This document shows positions 28,201 through 39,368 of a stretch of DNA of 64,000 nt, in pieces. Both the position numbers and the translations under genes were made by a program. Below the pieces are notes generated by a model. The model worked only from the letters and a program-made list of their open reading frames with translations. It searched no databases and was not told where the DNA came from. Source of the stretch: Botryllus schlosseri (lineage: Eukaryota); NCBI GenBank assembly GCA_051294905.1, contig CM119372.1:27840001-27904000 (forward strand), in the 5' to 3' direction. The stretch's first letter is position 1, and every line of letters starts with the position of its first letter.

Positions 28201-31200
28201 AATACCGAGACGCTTACAAAACGGCTTGGGTCTTATTCACAAGATCAAGCTTCATGAAGAGATAGTCATTCAGCTAGTACCGTGTCTATAGCTAACCCCA
28301 AGTTTTCTCAGGTAGTTGTGCGCAGCTCATAGTTCAAAATAGAATGAAAGTGACGATCATGATATTTTATTGTATCCGTATTTCATTAACAAAATAAATT
28401 TTCTTTTGTGGTAGCTATGCCCGTCGCCCCTGTCCGAGATCACAGCGTTATACTGATGTAAAGTCTTATAAACGTGGTTGTTAGCAGGGCTTTGGAGCCG
28501 GCACAAATTTTGAGCTGCTCCAGCTCCGGCGGTCTCCTTTATGATGAATTATCTCCTGCTCCAAGCGCCAGAGTTCAATTAACCGATGCTCCGGCTCCGG
28601 CTCCGTAAACCATCGAACGGTTCAGTCATGTAATCAACAATTACGGTTGCGCCAGGGGCCGTCGCGCCGAACCGTTATTTTGTGTAGGTATGTACAGTGA
28701 TATGACGTCATAATTAGGCTACTCTATGTCGTCTGTCGAAAACGTCATAGTCGCATGAGAACCAGTGATGAACGCATAGTGCTTTTCGAGACTCCGAATC
28801 CGGCCGACAACTTTAGCGTCTGAGGGAATCTCCCTCCGACTCCGAAGAGCTCAATCCCAGACTCCGAGATACTCCGATGAATCTCGTCAAGTATCCGAAA
28901 CAGTGACAAGCATGGTACATGGTACAACATGGTACATGTGATCAGTGGTGGCCCTACGAACGGGGGGGGGGGCTGGGCGAGACTTACCGGGGGCCCCTAT
29001 AAGTATCTATCCGTAACTTCTGGGGGGCTCCGCCCCCCAGATCCCCCTTTCGCATCGGTTATTATTATCTTTCTTTCACCACCGCAATGGTTTGCTCACG
29101 CGCTGGATTCGGCTATGTCTATTTTGCATGTGTGCAAGGATAGACTACATCAAAACTAAGTAATTCTACCGCATGCAGAGACGTGTTGATTATTGGGATA
29201 CGGGACTTTTCTAACAAATGCAGTGATTTGATGATGATTGACACATCTGTACGGAATCATATTCTTGCTCGGTCCACGGATTTCCATGTTTATTCGTCAT
29301 TATCCTTGAAAAAAGCGCAAAATCCAAATAGGGGGCCCCTCGACCAGGGGGGGGGGGCGGGCGACCGCCCACCTCGCCCACCCCAAAAGCCACCACTGCA
29401 TATGATAATATAGTTTGCCTCATAGTATTGTTTACTCTCCAGTCCCCAATTGCAGTGCAGATAGTTGATTTTTATGCACTTGGCAACCATTTTTGCATGT
29501 TACCCGTCATATTACAACTTTACAATGGGTCAACTGTCTGTGTTTTGGTTTGTAATCATATTCAATAGTGTATTCTGGTCAGAGCTATCCAAAGATATCG
29601 GAGACAAAAGTTACAATACTCCGAAATTCTCCGAAAAAATATCTGTAGTAAACTCCGACTCCGCTCCGAATGTCACAAAATCGGCAAACCTCCGCTCCGA
29701 ATCCACTCCGACTCCGCCCCGATGCTCATCACTGATGAGAACTCACTCCACGGCATTGCTGCGTAGCCATGTCAGTCGATCTTTTATCGCATGTTTTGAA
29801 ACACGATGCCGCGCGTGTAGCATCGGACGAATCCACCGACATTGCATATAGAGCTAATTATTTGGGTGCATTTTATCAGAGTGGACAACTGGACATATTT
29901 GCAGCGGAAATGCTGGCTGGGCGAACGTGAGTAGGGGACCAGCGCAAAAAAACATCAACTTGACAAAGCTGACTTCGGTAGCCTAACTATTGGTGAAGGG
30001 CTTCAGCCATGGAAGGGAGGAACAAGATAGATTGGTTTCCTCAGAAATGACCCCGAACGCCAAACTTGTTCCCATATCACTGACAGCTCAAAGTGATAAT
30101 TACCTCTGTAACGAAAAAGTTACCATAATATTATGCTTGCTTGCTCAAGTATTGAAGCAAAGAGTTCGGTTATCCGGTGGAAAGGTTTAAAGGTGCATAT
30201 ACTGGCGACGAATGCAATGCACGCTACATGGAGGGTTTTACTTGCGCCGCTGGAAGATAGCCTACATATTCTCACAAAACACAGCAACTGCAAACTTACG
30301 ATTGCTGTCCATTAATGCTTTAGAATGCATAAAAATGTACTAAATAGATAGGCTACAGTAGCTTAAATTTAATAGTAAACCCACAAATACACGGTAATAA
30401 TGTTCTGCGGCACGTTGTGTCTTTTGCCGTTATAATGCAGCCCGTTAAACAAGGGAAGTTGAGAATCCCTGTTGTACAGTGTACACTGCTCGGAAGACAG
30501 CAACCAAGACAATGAGCTTTTTAGATTCCCAAATATATTTCAATGCCTTGATAGAAAACGCGGATAGGGGTTAAAAGAGAGTTCAAAATGTATCAGGTTT
30601 ACCATTGTTTCGAAACATGACGGCAAATAAATAATACTTTTGGGTAATTAACCGTCACTTTCTCATGCCCTAATACAGGGGTTCTCAACCCGCGGCCCGA
30701 AGAGGTTTATTTTGTGGCCCGCGACATCTTTCATCATGAACGCAATTATTACTGACACGGTATTGTTACATATTAATTCAGCTGCTTAACTATCTTATCT
30801 CACCGTTTCTGTTTCGTTTGATTACCCATATTAGATGTGCTCTGGATTCTTGATATATGCTCGAGTTTAGATTGTTATTGATTTGAATCTGTATTCGGTT
30901 GGACTCTGGTTCAACAGAATCCCGCTACGTAGTAGGCCTATATTTTTTTAAACAGTGTTTCACTGACCGCGAATGGTTTGAACAGAAACAAGAACAAGGA
31001 AGTGGGAAATTAAACGGCGAACACTGGGTTTGTAACTCTGCGTGGAACAATGAATTTGCTTTCTCAGATATAAATGGAAAACCGATGTGTCATATTTGTC
31101 GAAAAACAGTGTACGTAAGTCGTAACGTAGCGTTGAAGCTTAAAATGATACCACGACAGTTTCGTCTGGAGTTAAACATATCGCCTGATCTTAGAAAAAA

Positions 31201-32283
31201 CGTTGCCATAGCTGGGTGCCAAGCCAAGCAATCCATATGTCGAGGCATTGTAAAATTGCCGACGACGTTGCAGACACATCGTTCAAAATTGCTGTGAATA
31301 TCGCTAAACCAAAGAAATCTGCTAGCTAAGGTGTGATTTCAATAAAACTGTGCGAGCATTCGCTGTTTCCGGAACTTAGCAGCAATGACAACATGACCTG
31401 ACATATTTCCAGAGGTGGTCAAAGTAGTCAAGAAAGCTACTCAAGTAGAAGTAGAAGTAACCATGAAAAAATCTACTAAAGTACGAGTAGAAGTACTTCT
31501 TCAATAAGCAACCCAAAACTACTTGAAGTAGAAGTAGAATTGACTGACTTTAAATCTACTCAAGTAAGTAAGTGGTTTTGAAAACAGTCATGAATTCGAT
31601 CGCACGGACTGCCAAAAGCTGCAAATTGAGCAATGCGGAAGGTGCAGAGAGCTTGATTCGTATTGATGCATCCCAGGAGGTATCCATTTTCGACAGAAGA
31701 ATCATTGTTTCGCATCATGGGATGCAAATTATAGTATTGATATGAAAATGCGATACTAACCCTTTGTTTACTAGAAGACCCCGTTTTAGAGAATATCATG
31801 GCACGGCGCCCTACCCCATATTACAAGGCCCAAAGTTTAGGCGAAGCCTAATACGTAGAAGTTATATTGGATACGGTTTCATCACTTTGCGCGATTAGTA
31901 TACGTTAATAACAACTATTGTGGATCGTAAGAGTTATATTTAGTGTAGCTTAATTTTCGGAAAATAGAGGCATTACTACACTTGCTTTTATGTTTCAACA
32001 TGTATGTTCTGCACACAAAAGAACTGAAAGTAATCAGAGCTCAAAGTATGATACTCGCAATTGAAAGTGAAATACAAATACCACTTCTAAAAAGCGGAAA
32101 ATATATCTCATGTCTTTTGTCCATAAAGCTTCAAAGGCGATCTGCTAAAACAGGTGTAACGTTAAAAAAGCTGGATTTTCCAGATCATCAAGACACGTAA
32201 TGGGCTGTTAGATTACGATATGATAGGTAATTGCTAGATTGCGAAACGGTAGTTGCAAACGTTATGGTAGTCCATATATTTAC

Positions 32284-33235
32284 CAGTGTTGGGATCAAGT
32301 CACTACCTTCGAGTCACGAGTCATTTCGAGTCATTGCACATTTTGACTCGAGTCAAGTCAAGTCATTCGGTTTTCGAAGGTGACTCGAGTCAGATCAAGT
32401 CACACGATTTCTGGAGGTGACTCGAGTCAAGTCGAGTCAAGTCAAGTCAAGTCACGAGTCAAGTCACAATTTAAGTCAAGTTGCCTTTTCGGAGTACTAG
32501 TAATGATTACGTCATTGAATGTTGCTAGCTGTCTGGAATACAGATTGAGTGGTCATTGATTCTGAACCGATGAGCGAATATAAAGTTAAACATACACGCA
32601 AGAAGGCGATGAATCACTCACATAGGCTTATAAGTAGAACTGTTGAACTACGTGCGTAATTGCTTAGCCTATCAGTTTCTAGTTACCAGCCAAAATCGAG
32701 AAACGAATTGATAAGATGCAATACCTTAATAATTTACATGTTGATATGATACTATTCGAGCCTGCAAGAATGGTTGAGAAGTGTATAAACTATATTCCAA
32801 TTCAATTGCAACAAAAAAAGAGGTTTGGCTAAGGCAAGAACAGAAATGAATATTTTGATATTAAATGACTTTACTACTAGTATACGACAGCATAAGCTGT
32901 AAGCTTCGATCACTTTATTTATGATAGAACAATAGAGGCTCAGTAAAACACACGATCATTGAATGATTGGTCGCTCTCGCGGTTTACACCAGCGTTTCGC
33001 GAACAATCAGAACATATGGAAGATACAGTGATTTTTATTGACACCGAGTACTTGATGACTTGAAATTGACTCGTGAATTTTGCTCCGAGTCACGAGTCAA
33101 TCCACATTTCTGATACGCCGAGTCAAGTCAAGTCAAGTCATTTTAGCAAAGTGACTCGAGTCAAGTCAAGTCATACGAAAAAGGTGACTCGAGTCTGACT
33201 CGAGTCAAGTCATGACTCGAGTCATCCCAACACTG
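32284..33235. mobile_element. MITE with GACTCGAGTC / (CAAGT)n subterminal arrays
   Basis: TIRs CAGTGTTGGGAT / ATCCCAACACTG; perfect TSD ATATTTAC; related arrays near 21330-21545, 27740-27926 and 60400-60510. Confidence 0.85.
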
Positions 33236-33468
33236 ATATTTACTACGATGAAATATTTGATATCGGCGACAATGCGGTGTGAGCGGAATCAAGCAATCCG
33301 GTACCTAAATTACATTCACTGATACTTTCGTGAAAACATATATTTGTCACTCCATAACTCCTGTGCGCGAAGCGCAACAAAATTGCTGGACTTTACGTAA
33401 CTTTTATGAATATTAAATGTTGGTACTACGTGAAAACAGCCCCGAAATTCCTCAGGCTATCTTACGTA

Positions 33469-34028
33469 AGTAGTAGTTATGATCGCTCGTGGTGTGCCAT
33501 TGGTTCTTATGGGCGGGGTGGTGACTCGCCTGAAAACCGGGGGTGGTGACTCGCCTTTTTCTCTTATGGCGGGGGTGGTGAGTCGCCATTGTGTCTTATG
33601 GGTGCGGCCGTGATTCGCCCTTTCAGGTATAGGCTGCGTCGGTGATTCGCCGTGAAAACTCGGGGTCGTGACTCGCCTTTTTTGCTATAGGCGGTGGCGG
33701 TGATTCGCCTGTCGTGTATTCTTACGCGGTCTCTGGTGACTCGCCATGTGTTGTTATGGGTGCGGCCGTGAATCGCCCTTTCAGGCATCTCTCGCACGGT
33801 GTTGAATATGTATCAAGGAAATAGTCATGTGAATGAACCTTTGTTAATGTGTATATCGTAAATTATTATATATGATGTAGTTTAGTCGTGACAAATGACC
33901 GATCGTGTTCTAAGTCTTTCCTCGCTATTGATTCCTACGTAACCTGAATGGCGCGCTGACTTTCAGATCGGATTATTCGCACCTTGTATACCGCTGTTTC
34001 GCACCTACAAAATAGTCTGCTGTTCACA
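33469..34028 (+). repeat. Polinton left TIR
   Basis: Reverse complement of 48739-49298; identical 77-aa translation in both copies. Confidence 0.95.
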
Positions 34029-34071
34029 ACCACAACAAGAATCACAAGTATACACATTATACATTCATTTA

Positions 34072-34515
34072 TTACTCTGAAATCAAACTCTTCACAAAAG
34101 CACGCACAATCGTATCATTCACTTTTTTATCATCCCCAAAATTATTCAAGTATTCCTTGGCTGAAAACCCTTGAGCTCTTTTTATCAAGAATGCTATAGC
34201 ATGATCTCCACACATATCCGAAGTTTTACTTTGTAACTGTTTCCCAGTCACAGAAAATTCATCCGGCTCCAGGAATTCGATTATCTGAGGTTTTAGTGGT
34301 CCGAAACCTAGTGAATCATGAAAATGAGTATCGTCATCTCTGTATATAGACACCCAGTGAGACCCAGGCAAACTCGACTCGTCGTAATTAATGATGATAG
34401 CGAAATTTCCGCTAGTTGGTTTCTTTGGTAACTGATCTACTGGATAAGTTCCTAGATATAGACTTTGTGTGTCAGGGTGGTTATAGAGAATATCGTTGAT
34501 CTCAGACGTATTCAT
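34072..34515 (-). CDS. Adenain-like cysteine maturation protease (PRO), 147 aa
   Basis: GSHWVSIY, FHDSLG, QLQSKTSDMCGDH (His-Asp-Gln-Cys); ATG overlaps the MCP stop; AATAAA overlaps its own stop. Confidence 0.93.
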   Translation of the reverse strand: MNTSEINDILYNHPDTQSLYLGTYPVDQLPKKPTSGNFAIIINYDESSLPGSHWVSIYRDDDTHFHDSLGFGPLKPQIIEFLEPDEFSVTGKQLQSKTSDMCGDHAIAFLIKRAQGFSAKEYLNNFGDDKKVNDTIVRAFVKSLISE

Positions 34516-35777
34516 ATTTCGACGACTTGTCTTTTTTGATTCAGCTGTAGAAGATGTTGAAACTCCTTCAAACATAACAAGGTCACGGAGGTTGGTAAAG
34601 GCTTCGACGTAGTCAAAACCAGATGCACAGTCTTATGAAGTTGATAACATCCCAAGCTATTATCGGGTGTCAAATCAAACACAAAAAGAGTGTACCCATT
34701 AACATAATCTTTGCGTGAAATATTTAAAGGTGCCTCGGATTCCCAGCGACCTGTCTGAGAGAATAGTGTCATATAACCTTCGAGTCCACCATGTTTATCA
34801 AAATCGAAATGAAATTCGCGTCCGTTAATTTGACGCCCGTCCACACTTAACGAAAGATTTTGAACATCAAAGTGTTTAAAGTTGAATGGATTTTTGGATC
34901 GAACGCCGTTAAATGTCGTGGTCTCGACTAAACCAATTACGATCTTCTTTGGCATGGTACCGCTAACTAACTCTCTATCAATTTTCGATAAACCCGCGGC
35001 GAATGTATGAGTCGACATTTGCAAGCGTATCCAGGGATACTTGGCAGTATTCTTCTGTAGTACAGACTTGTGTGCTAAGCTTACACTTTCAGCGATCTTC
35101 ATCTGTTTGACATACACTTCCATTTCGAGTAAAACAATTTGTACATCCTCCGCGTCGCCAAGAAGACAGAAATTATCTTCGTTACGTGTAAACTTTAATT
35201 TCATGTCGACATTATCCAACATACATCTAGACTGTTCAAAAAGACCCATTCGAATTTTTCCGATCAACTCTAGCGGGGTGCTGTTTTTTGTAAGGTCTTT
35301 TCGTTTAACATATCCAGTATTCGCTGCACCAAGAACATCCATAGAGCCAGCGACGTCTTTATAAAAACCTTGTCCTTGCACAAAACTCTCCGAGGCGCCG
35401 TGAGTATCATTCAACAACCGAGAGATATAAGCTTTGTACGCATGACAATTATCCGAATTTGTGATAACCTCATTTGAAATAGTTACATCGATTTGTTTGA
35501 AAAGAGAATCCATCATGTTATTGACCAGGCCCACTTGCGTATCATCTGCTAAATCAGTTCCATCACGTTTAGTGAGCTTCAAACGTAATCTCAAGAATGT
35601 GTTTTGTAGATCCATATATCGATCCGTCCTTGGTAATTGTACTTCCATGACATTACCTAAACTATGGGGTTTGACGACGACATATTGCGATTCCTCAATA
35701 CTGGTTTGCGTGTGGGGTATACTAAATATGTTTAATCCCGAGTTATGACATTCTCTGGATCCCGCGTGCATCAACAT
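34512..35777 (-). CDS. Major capsid protein (PY, double jelly-roll)
   Basis: 421 aa; EC..SGLNIFSIPHTQTSIE, YMDLQNTFLRL, SLFKQID, YKAYI, KNPFNFKHF, YVNGYTLFVFDLTPD. Confidence 0.92.
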   Translation of the reverse strand: MLMHAGSRECHNSGLNIFSIPHTQTSIEESQYVVVKPHSLGNVMEVQLPRTDRYMDLQNTFLRLRLKLTKRDGTDLADDTQVGLVNNMMDSLFKQIDVTISNEVITNSDNCHAYKAYISRLLNDTHGASESFVQGQGFYKDVAGSMDVLGAANTGYVKRKDLTKNSTPLELIGKIRMGLFEQSRCMLDNVDMKLKFTRNEDNFCLLGDAEDVQIVLLEMEVYVKQMKIAESVSLAHKSVLQKNTAKYPWIRLQMSTHTFAAGLSKIDRELVSGTMPKKIVIGLVETTTFNGVRSKNPFNFKHFDVQNLSLSVDGRQINGREFHFDFDKHGGLEGYMTLFSQTGRWESEAPLNISRKDYVNGYTLFVFDLTPDNSLGCYQLHKTVHLVLTTSKPLPTSVTLLCLKEFQHLLQLNQKRQVVEI

Positions 35778-35782
35778 AATTC

Positions 35783-36154
35783 TTAGTCGAATATATCCTG
35801 TTGTTTACGACGACGTTTGGATGAAGTGTTCTTTGACTTTGATTTTTTCCTTTTTATAGCCTTTGGGGTTAAAATTTTATCAATCACTCGACCGCCAGCT
35901 TGTTTACTTCTCTTGACAACACTAGACTTGATCGAGTTACCCCGTAATAGATCTCTCGCTATTTCACCTCCAGTCCGTAACAATTGACCACCGGCGTATT
36001 TCGCAATAGGTGTCACTAAACGACCAAGTGATTTAAACAAACTCCCGATACCGGAACCGGCTTGAACTCCACCACTAAAATATCCATAACCATCGCCTGT
36101 CTGGTTATAATGACGATGGACAGAACGATGATCACACGTGAAAACAACTTTCAT
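35783..36154 (-). CDS. Small basic virion/core protein with Gly-rich cleavage-like sites and amphipathic helix
   Basis: QTGDG, QAGSGIGSLFKSLGRLVTPIAK, Lys/Arg-rich tail ending DIFD; directly upstream of MCP. Confidence 0.8.
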   Translation of the reverse strand: MKVVFTCDHRSVHRHYNQTGDGYGYFSGGVQAGSGIGSLFKSLGRLVTPIAKYAGGQLLRTGGEIARDLLRGNSIKSSVVKRSKQAGGRVIDKILTPKAIKRKKSKSKNTSSKRRRKQQDIFD

Positions 36155-36546
36155 AATCGCTTCCTAATGTTAAATGTAGCTTGCAATGAACGACTTATTA
36201 TATTTATAGGTTCCCCAAACTCATCCCTGAGGTAAAGACATACAGAATCTACAACATCTTTTGAAACAGGGAAATAATACGGATTTGTCGCTATCCAATT
36301 ATGCGTGACATCGCCAGGTGTCAGCGGTATAACTCGTAATAAATGCGCTAACGTATCTCCAAGTAAGTGAGGGTGAATAATATCACAATACACAAACAAA
36401 TATTGGCCAATCGCCGGTTCGGTTAAAGTGAAATCGATCTCCATGAGGGCTAATTCGCAATATCTCGTCGGGATGTTGTTGATGGTGAGTAGTCTGTGTT
36501 CAAAATCAGCACCAAGCATAGAGGTGGTTAACGTCACTATTTTCAT
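36151..36546 (-). CDS. Minor capsid (penton/PX) paralog 3, minimal form
   Basis: ELALMEIDF..YLFVYCDII..LGD..LLRVI..PYYFPV..LYLRDEFG. Confidence 0.82.
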   Translation of the reverse strand: MKIVTLTTSMLGADFEHRLLTINNIPTRYCELALMEIDFTLTEPAIGQYLFVYCDIIHPHLLGDTLAHLLRVIPLTPGDVTHNWIATNPYYFPVSKDVVDSVCLYLRDEFGEPINIISRSLQATFNIRKRL

Positions 36547-37214
36547 CGCGCGTGGAGTGTCAATGTGGTCTCTATATCATGTACTAACTGACCGTATTGG
36601 TCCCTGATGGTGATTTTTATATCGCGGATGTGGTTAATCGACACAGAGAAATAGAACGGTTTTTCAAATACAACTTCTTGTCTCGTACACGTCTCGTTAT
36701 TTACTTGGATCACACGAAGCAATTGACTCATGTAATCACCCACCGGATGATGACGTAGTACATTGATATACACAAATAGATATCTGAGGTGGGGTTGAGT
36801 TGGTTTAGATTTGATCGACGTGACATTACATACTGGTGTCGACACTTGATCAACTACACTGAAATAATTTGTGAATATATCCGTGGGGTGGAGTGTGATA
36901 TGTTTCGGATAACGAATTCGGAAAAGTTCATCGTTGATTCTTTCGGTGAAACAGTGCTTGAAACTTTCAGATAATATTCTTCGCATCAACTCGAGGTTGT
37001 TTGCATAATTCCCAAGTGGTGTTAGGTACGCTTCTACTATTCGATCTTTCTCATTATGTAGGTCCCAGAGTGCTTGATCACGATTGATTATAATTCGATC
37101 AAGAGATTCACTGACAAAACTCATATCCATCAGCGCAAGCTCATTACAAATAATTTCATTCGGTAACACCACCGAGAATTCACCTTGGGTGCCAGACAAC
37201 GTGATGTAACTCAT
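36543..37214 (-). CDS. Minor capsid (penton/PX) paralog 2
   Basis: YITL..FSVVLP..ELALMDMSF..YLFVYINV..VGD..LLRVI..FEKPFYFSV..ITIRDQYG..LTLH. Confidence 0.82.
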   Translation of the reverse strand: MSYITLSGTQGEFSVVLPNEIICNELALMDMSFVSESLDRIIINRDQALWDLHNEKDRIVEAYLTPLGNYANNLELMRRILSESFKHCFTERINDELFRIRYPKHITLHPTDIFTNYFSVVDQVSTPVCNVTSIKSKPTQPHLRYLFVYINVLRHHPVGDYMSQLLRVIQVNNETCTRQEVVFEKPFYFSVSINHIRDIKITIRDQYGQLVHDIETTLTLHAR

Positions 37215-38041
37215 ATTGAGTCAACAGCTCTACGACGGAAGCGTAGGGTTACTGTCACTGGTGCTTTTCTAAATTTAATGGGGTTGCCAGCTGCATCACG
37301 TAGATAAATTCGTATCGTTCTAAAATTGTTTCTTGCTAAAGCAAAGAAGTATGGTTTTGGGAATATATTGATTTGGTTTTCATTCGGTTTAGCGGTTACA
37401 GTAACTACCCGTAAAAGTTGTTGCAGTTTGTTACCGTGTGGTCTTGGTTGTATCAGATCGCAATACACATAAACCTTATCAATCCGTTCCAACTTTATCG
37501 CAGGTGTAAATATAAATTCTACCACACCGCGGCGACGAGATACAACGCGTCTAAATGTTATTGTGTCCAACACAGAACCAAGTGGTGTCAGTCCGTAAGG
37601 CTCGGGTGAATCATGTGTGGTATGGGGTATGTGTTTGTTGCTAGAGTCTGCGGTGTCGGTATTTATGGGTACACCCTGCTTGGGTCTTTTTTTACTCGTG
37701 ACTAATCTTCTGAATGTGATTCTAAAGTCTCCGAATCCTTGTAAAATGAAAATGTCCCCCATGTAATATTTCTCGTACGATTCTAACATTTCACCGATGT
37801 TGTAATACGAGCCTTCGGGAATATAATACCGTTCGGTGTGTCCATTTGCATCGACAAATCCAAAACCGATACTTTTCGCTGTCACTTCAATTCGCGGCTG
37901 AAAGTCATGAGGGAAGGCCAGCTCACATAATCCCAGCTCATGGCGATTCATTTCTAATTCTTTGTAAAGTTCTGTTTGAAAATCTGTGCTAGTATTCGGA
38001 AATTTATCCAAACTCGCATTCGAAGGTAGAGTCAACAACAT
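37211..38041 (-). CDS. Minor capsid (penton/PX) paralog 1, canonical N-terminus
   Basis: LTLPSNASLDKFPNTSTDFQTEL..ELGLCEL..VYVYCDLI..LLRVV..FPKPYF..IRIYLRDAAG..VTLRFRR. Confidence 0.88.
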   Translation of the reverse strand: MLLTLPSNASLDKFPNTSTDFQTELYKELEMNRHELGLCELAFPHDFQPRIEVTAKSIGFGFVDANGHTERYYIPEGSYYNIGEMLESYEKYYMGDIFILQGFGDFRITFRRLVTSKKRPKQGVPINTDTADSSNKHIPHTTHDSPEPYGLTPLGSVLDTITFRRVVSRRRGVVEFIFTPAIKLERIDKVYVYCDLIQPRPHGNKLQQLLRVVTVTAKPNENQINIFPKPYFFALARNNFRTIRIYLRDAAGNPIKFRKAPVTVTLRFRRRAVDSI

Positions 38042-38054
38042 TTTATTGTTTCTT

Positions 38055-38288
38055 TCAACATATACGGTGAGGTGATGGATTCGGTAATAAATAACCAAGT
38101 GAAGAAGACAGTAGCGTTAAATATATTTCACGATCCACCCCGACAGAAATTTGATATAATGAAAACACGATTACACACACTAACATACAAATCTGTACAA
38201 TAAACACAATCTGGTTTTTCAGACTGTTCGAGACTTGACCCATGCGAGATGAGGCGGAATCAGAATCCATAGTTTGGTTGAACAACAT
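38055..38288 (-). CDS. Small two-helix membrane protein
   Basis: Hydrophobic IVFIVQICMLVCVIVFSLYQI and YLTLLSSSLGYLLPNP; fills the gap between integrase and mCP. Confidence 0.72.
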   Translation of the reverse strand: MLFNQTMDSDSASSRMGQVSNSLKNQIVFIVQICMLVCVIVFSLYQISVGVDREIYLTLLSSSLGYLLPNPSPHRIC

Positions 38289-38297
38289 TTTCAGTGT

Positions 38298-39368
38298 CTA
38301 TTTATACAAATCCGAGACCCAGGAATTAAATTTAGACGGGTAACCCAACCATTTTACAAGATATTGTGTTTTCTTTCCTTTCTTGCGAGTAGACAGGATT
38401 TTTTCGATATTGTAAATATTATTATTTTTAGTTATTGGTTGTAACTCTTTACGTTGGAATCTACCGTCTATAACTTCACCGTGGTAGTCTTTCAACTGAT
38501 AAGTAGGAGGGTCACCTTTACGACATTGAGATACGAAAAAGATTTCTTCGGTCCAACTCGCCAAGGCACTTTTTACAAAATTACCACGTGATTTCGAAAT
38601 CCTGACGGGTGTGCCAATAGTTAGTTTGGGTTTTTTGGGGGTCATGTCACCGTATAACCTATGGAAAATTTGTTCTTGATTTGAATAATTAACATCCGCC
38701 GGAGGACACCCTATAGCCACGTGAAAAGTAGTGTTATACCCCTGACATATCTCAGACAGGACACTGACATAATTCAAAGTATTATTATGCGTGAAATAAC
38801 GGTATAACACTTGCTTCAGAGTACGAATAACACGCTCGCATATCGATGCTTTCAGTTCACTATTTGTATGAAAATGTCGCACATTGTTCTCTTTTAAGAA
38901 AGCCTGAAACGCACGATTAGTAAACTCAGAACCCTGATCACTTTGAATAACATGAGGTATACGATCCTTAAATATTTCCTTGAATCCGCGAATAATACCT
39001 TGCGAGGTTTTGTTCTTGAGTGGGTACAGATATAAAAATCGACTGAAACAATCGATCGTCACCAACACATATTTAAAATTATCGTTTTCTTTCGAAAGAT
39101 TTTGCATATGCATGAGATCGGTTTGATACTGAACACCGAGACCGGACGTAATCACTCTAGGTCTCTTAAATTTCTTTCGATAGGGAAAATGTTTTGTGTA
39201 CGCGTCCTTGCTCGAAAGAAACTCCTTGACTTTGGCTCTATTCCGCCCTCTAGAGAATACGTATGCACCGCGATAACTACCGGGTAGCCCTGGCGTGAAA
39301 TACTTAGTATGGCTCCCATCCGTATCGTCTCGGGGTCTTGGGTGTACGACCGCTTTTCGTCGGAGCAT
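38298..39368 (-). CDS. Retroviral-like (RVE) DDE integrase with C-terminal chromodomain
   Basis: YQTDL, TIDCFSRF, IQSDQGSEF, ASICERVIRTLK; chromo YNIEKIL..YLVKWLGYPSKFNSWV. Confidence 0.95.
   Translation of the reverse strand: MLRRKAVVHPRPRDDTDGSHTKYFTPGLPGSYRGAYVFSRGRNRAKVKEFLSSKDAYTKHFPYRKKFKRPRVITSGLGVQYQTDLMHMQNLSKENDNFKYVLVTIDCFSRFLYLYPLKNKTSQGIIRGFKEIFKDRIPHVIQSDQGSEFTNRAFQAFLKENNVRHFHTNSELKASICERVIRTLKQVLYRYFTHNNTLNYVSVLSEICQGYNTTFHVAIGCPPADVNYSNQEQIFHRLYGDMTPKKPKLTIGTPVRISKSRGNFVKSALASWTEEIFFVSQCRKGDPPTYQLKDYHGEVIDGRFQRKELQPITKNNNIYNIEKILSTRKKGKKTQYLVKWLGYPSKFNSWVSDLYK

Noticed and set aside
28087..28332. Candidate terminal exons of the host membrane-protein gene
   Set aside because: Several acceptors give short open frames; the sequence alone cannot distinguish them.
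32284..33235. GACTCGAGTC / CAAGT arrays that look CRISPR-like or iteron-like
   Set aside because: No constant-length repeat with unique spacers; they are subterminal arrays of a MITE with TIRs and a TSD in a eukaryotic genome.
33564..33797. Identical 77-aa ORFs at 33564 and 48970
   Set aside because: By-product of the GC-rich motif array in the TIRs; GTG start and no recognisable protein features.
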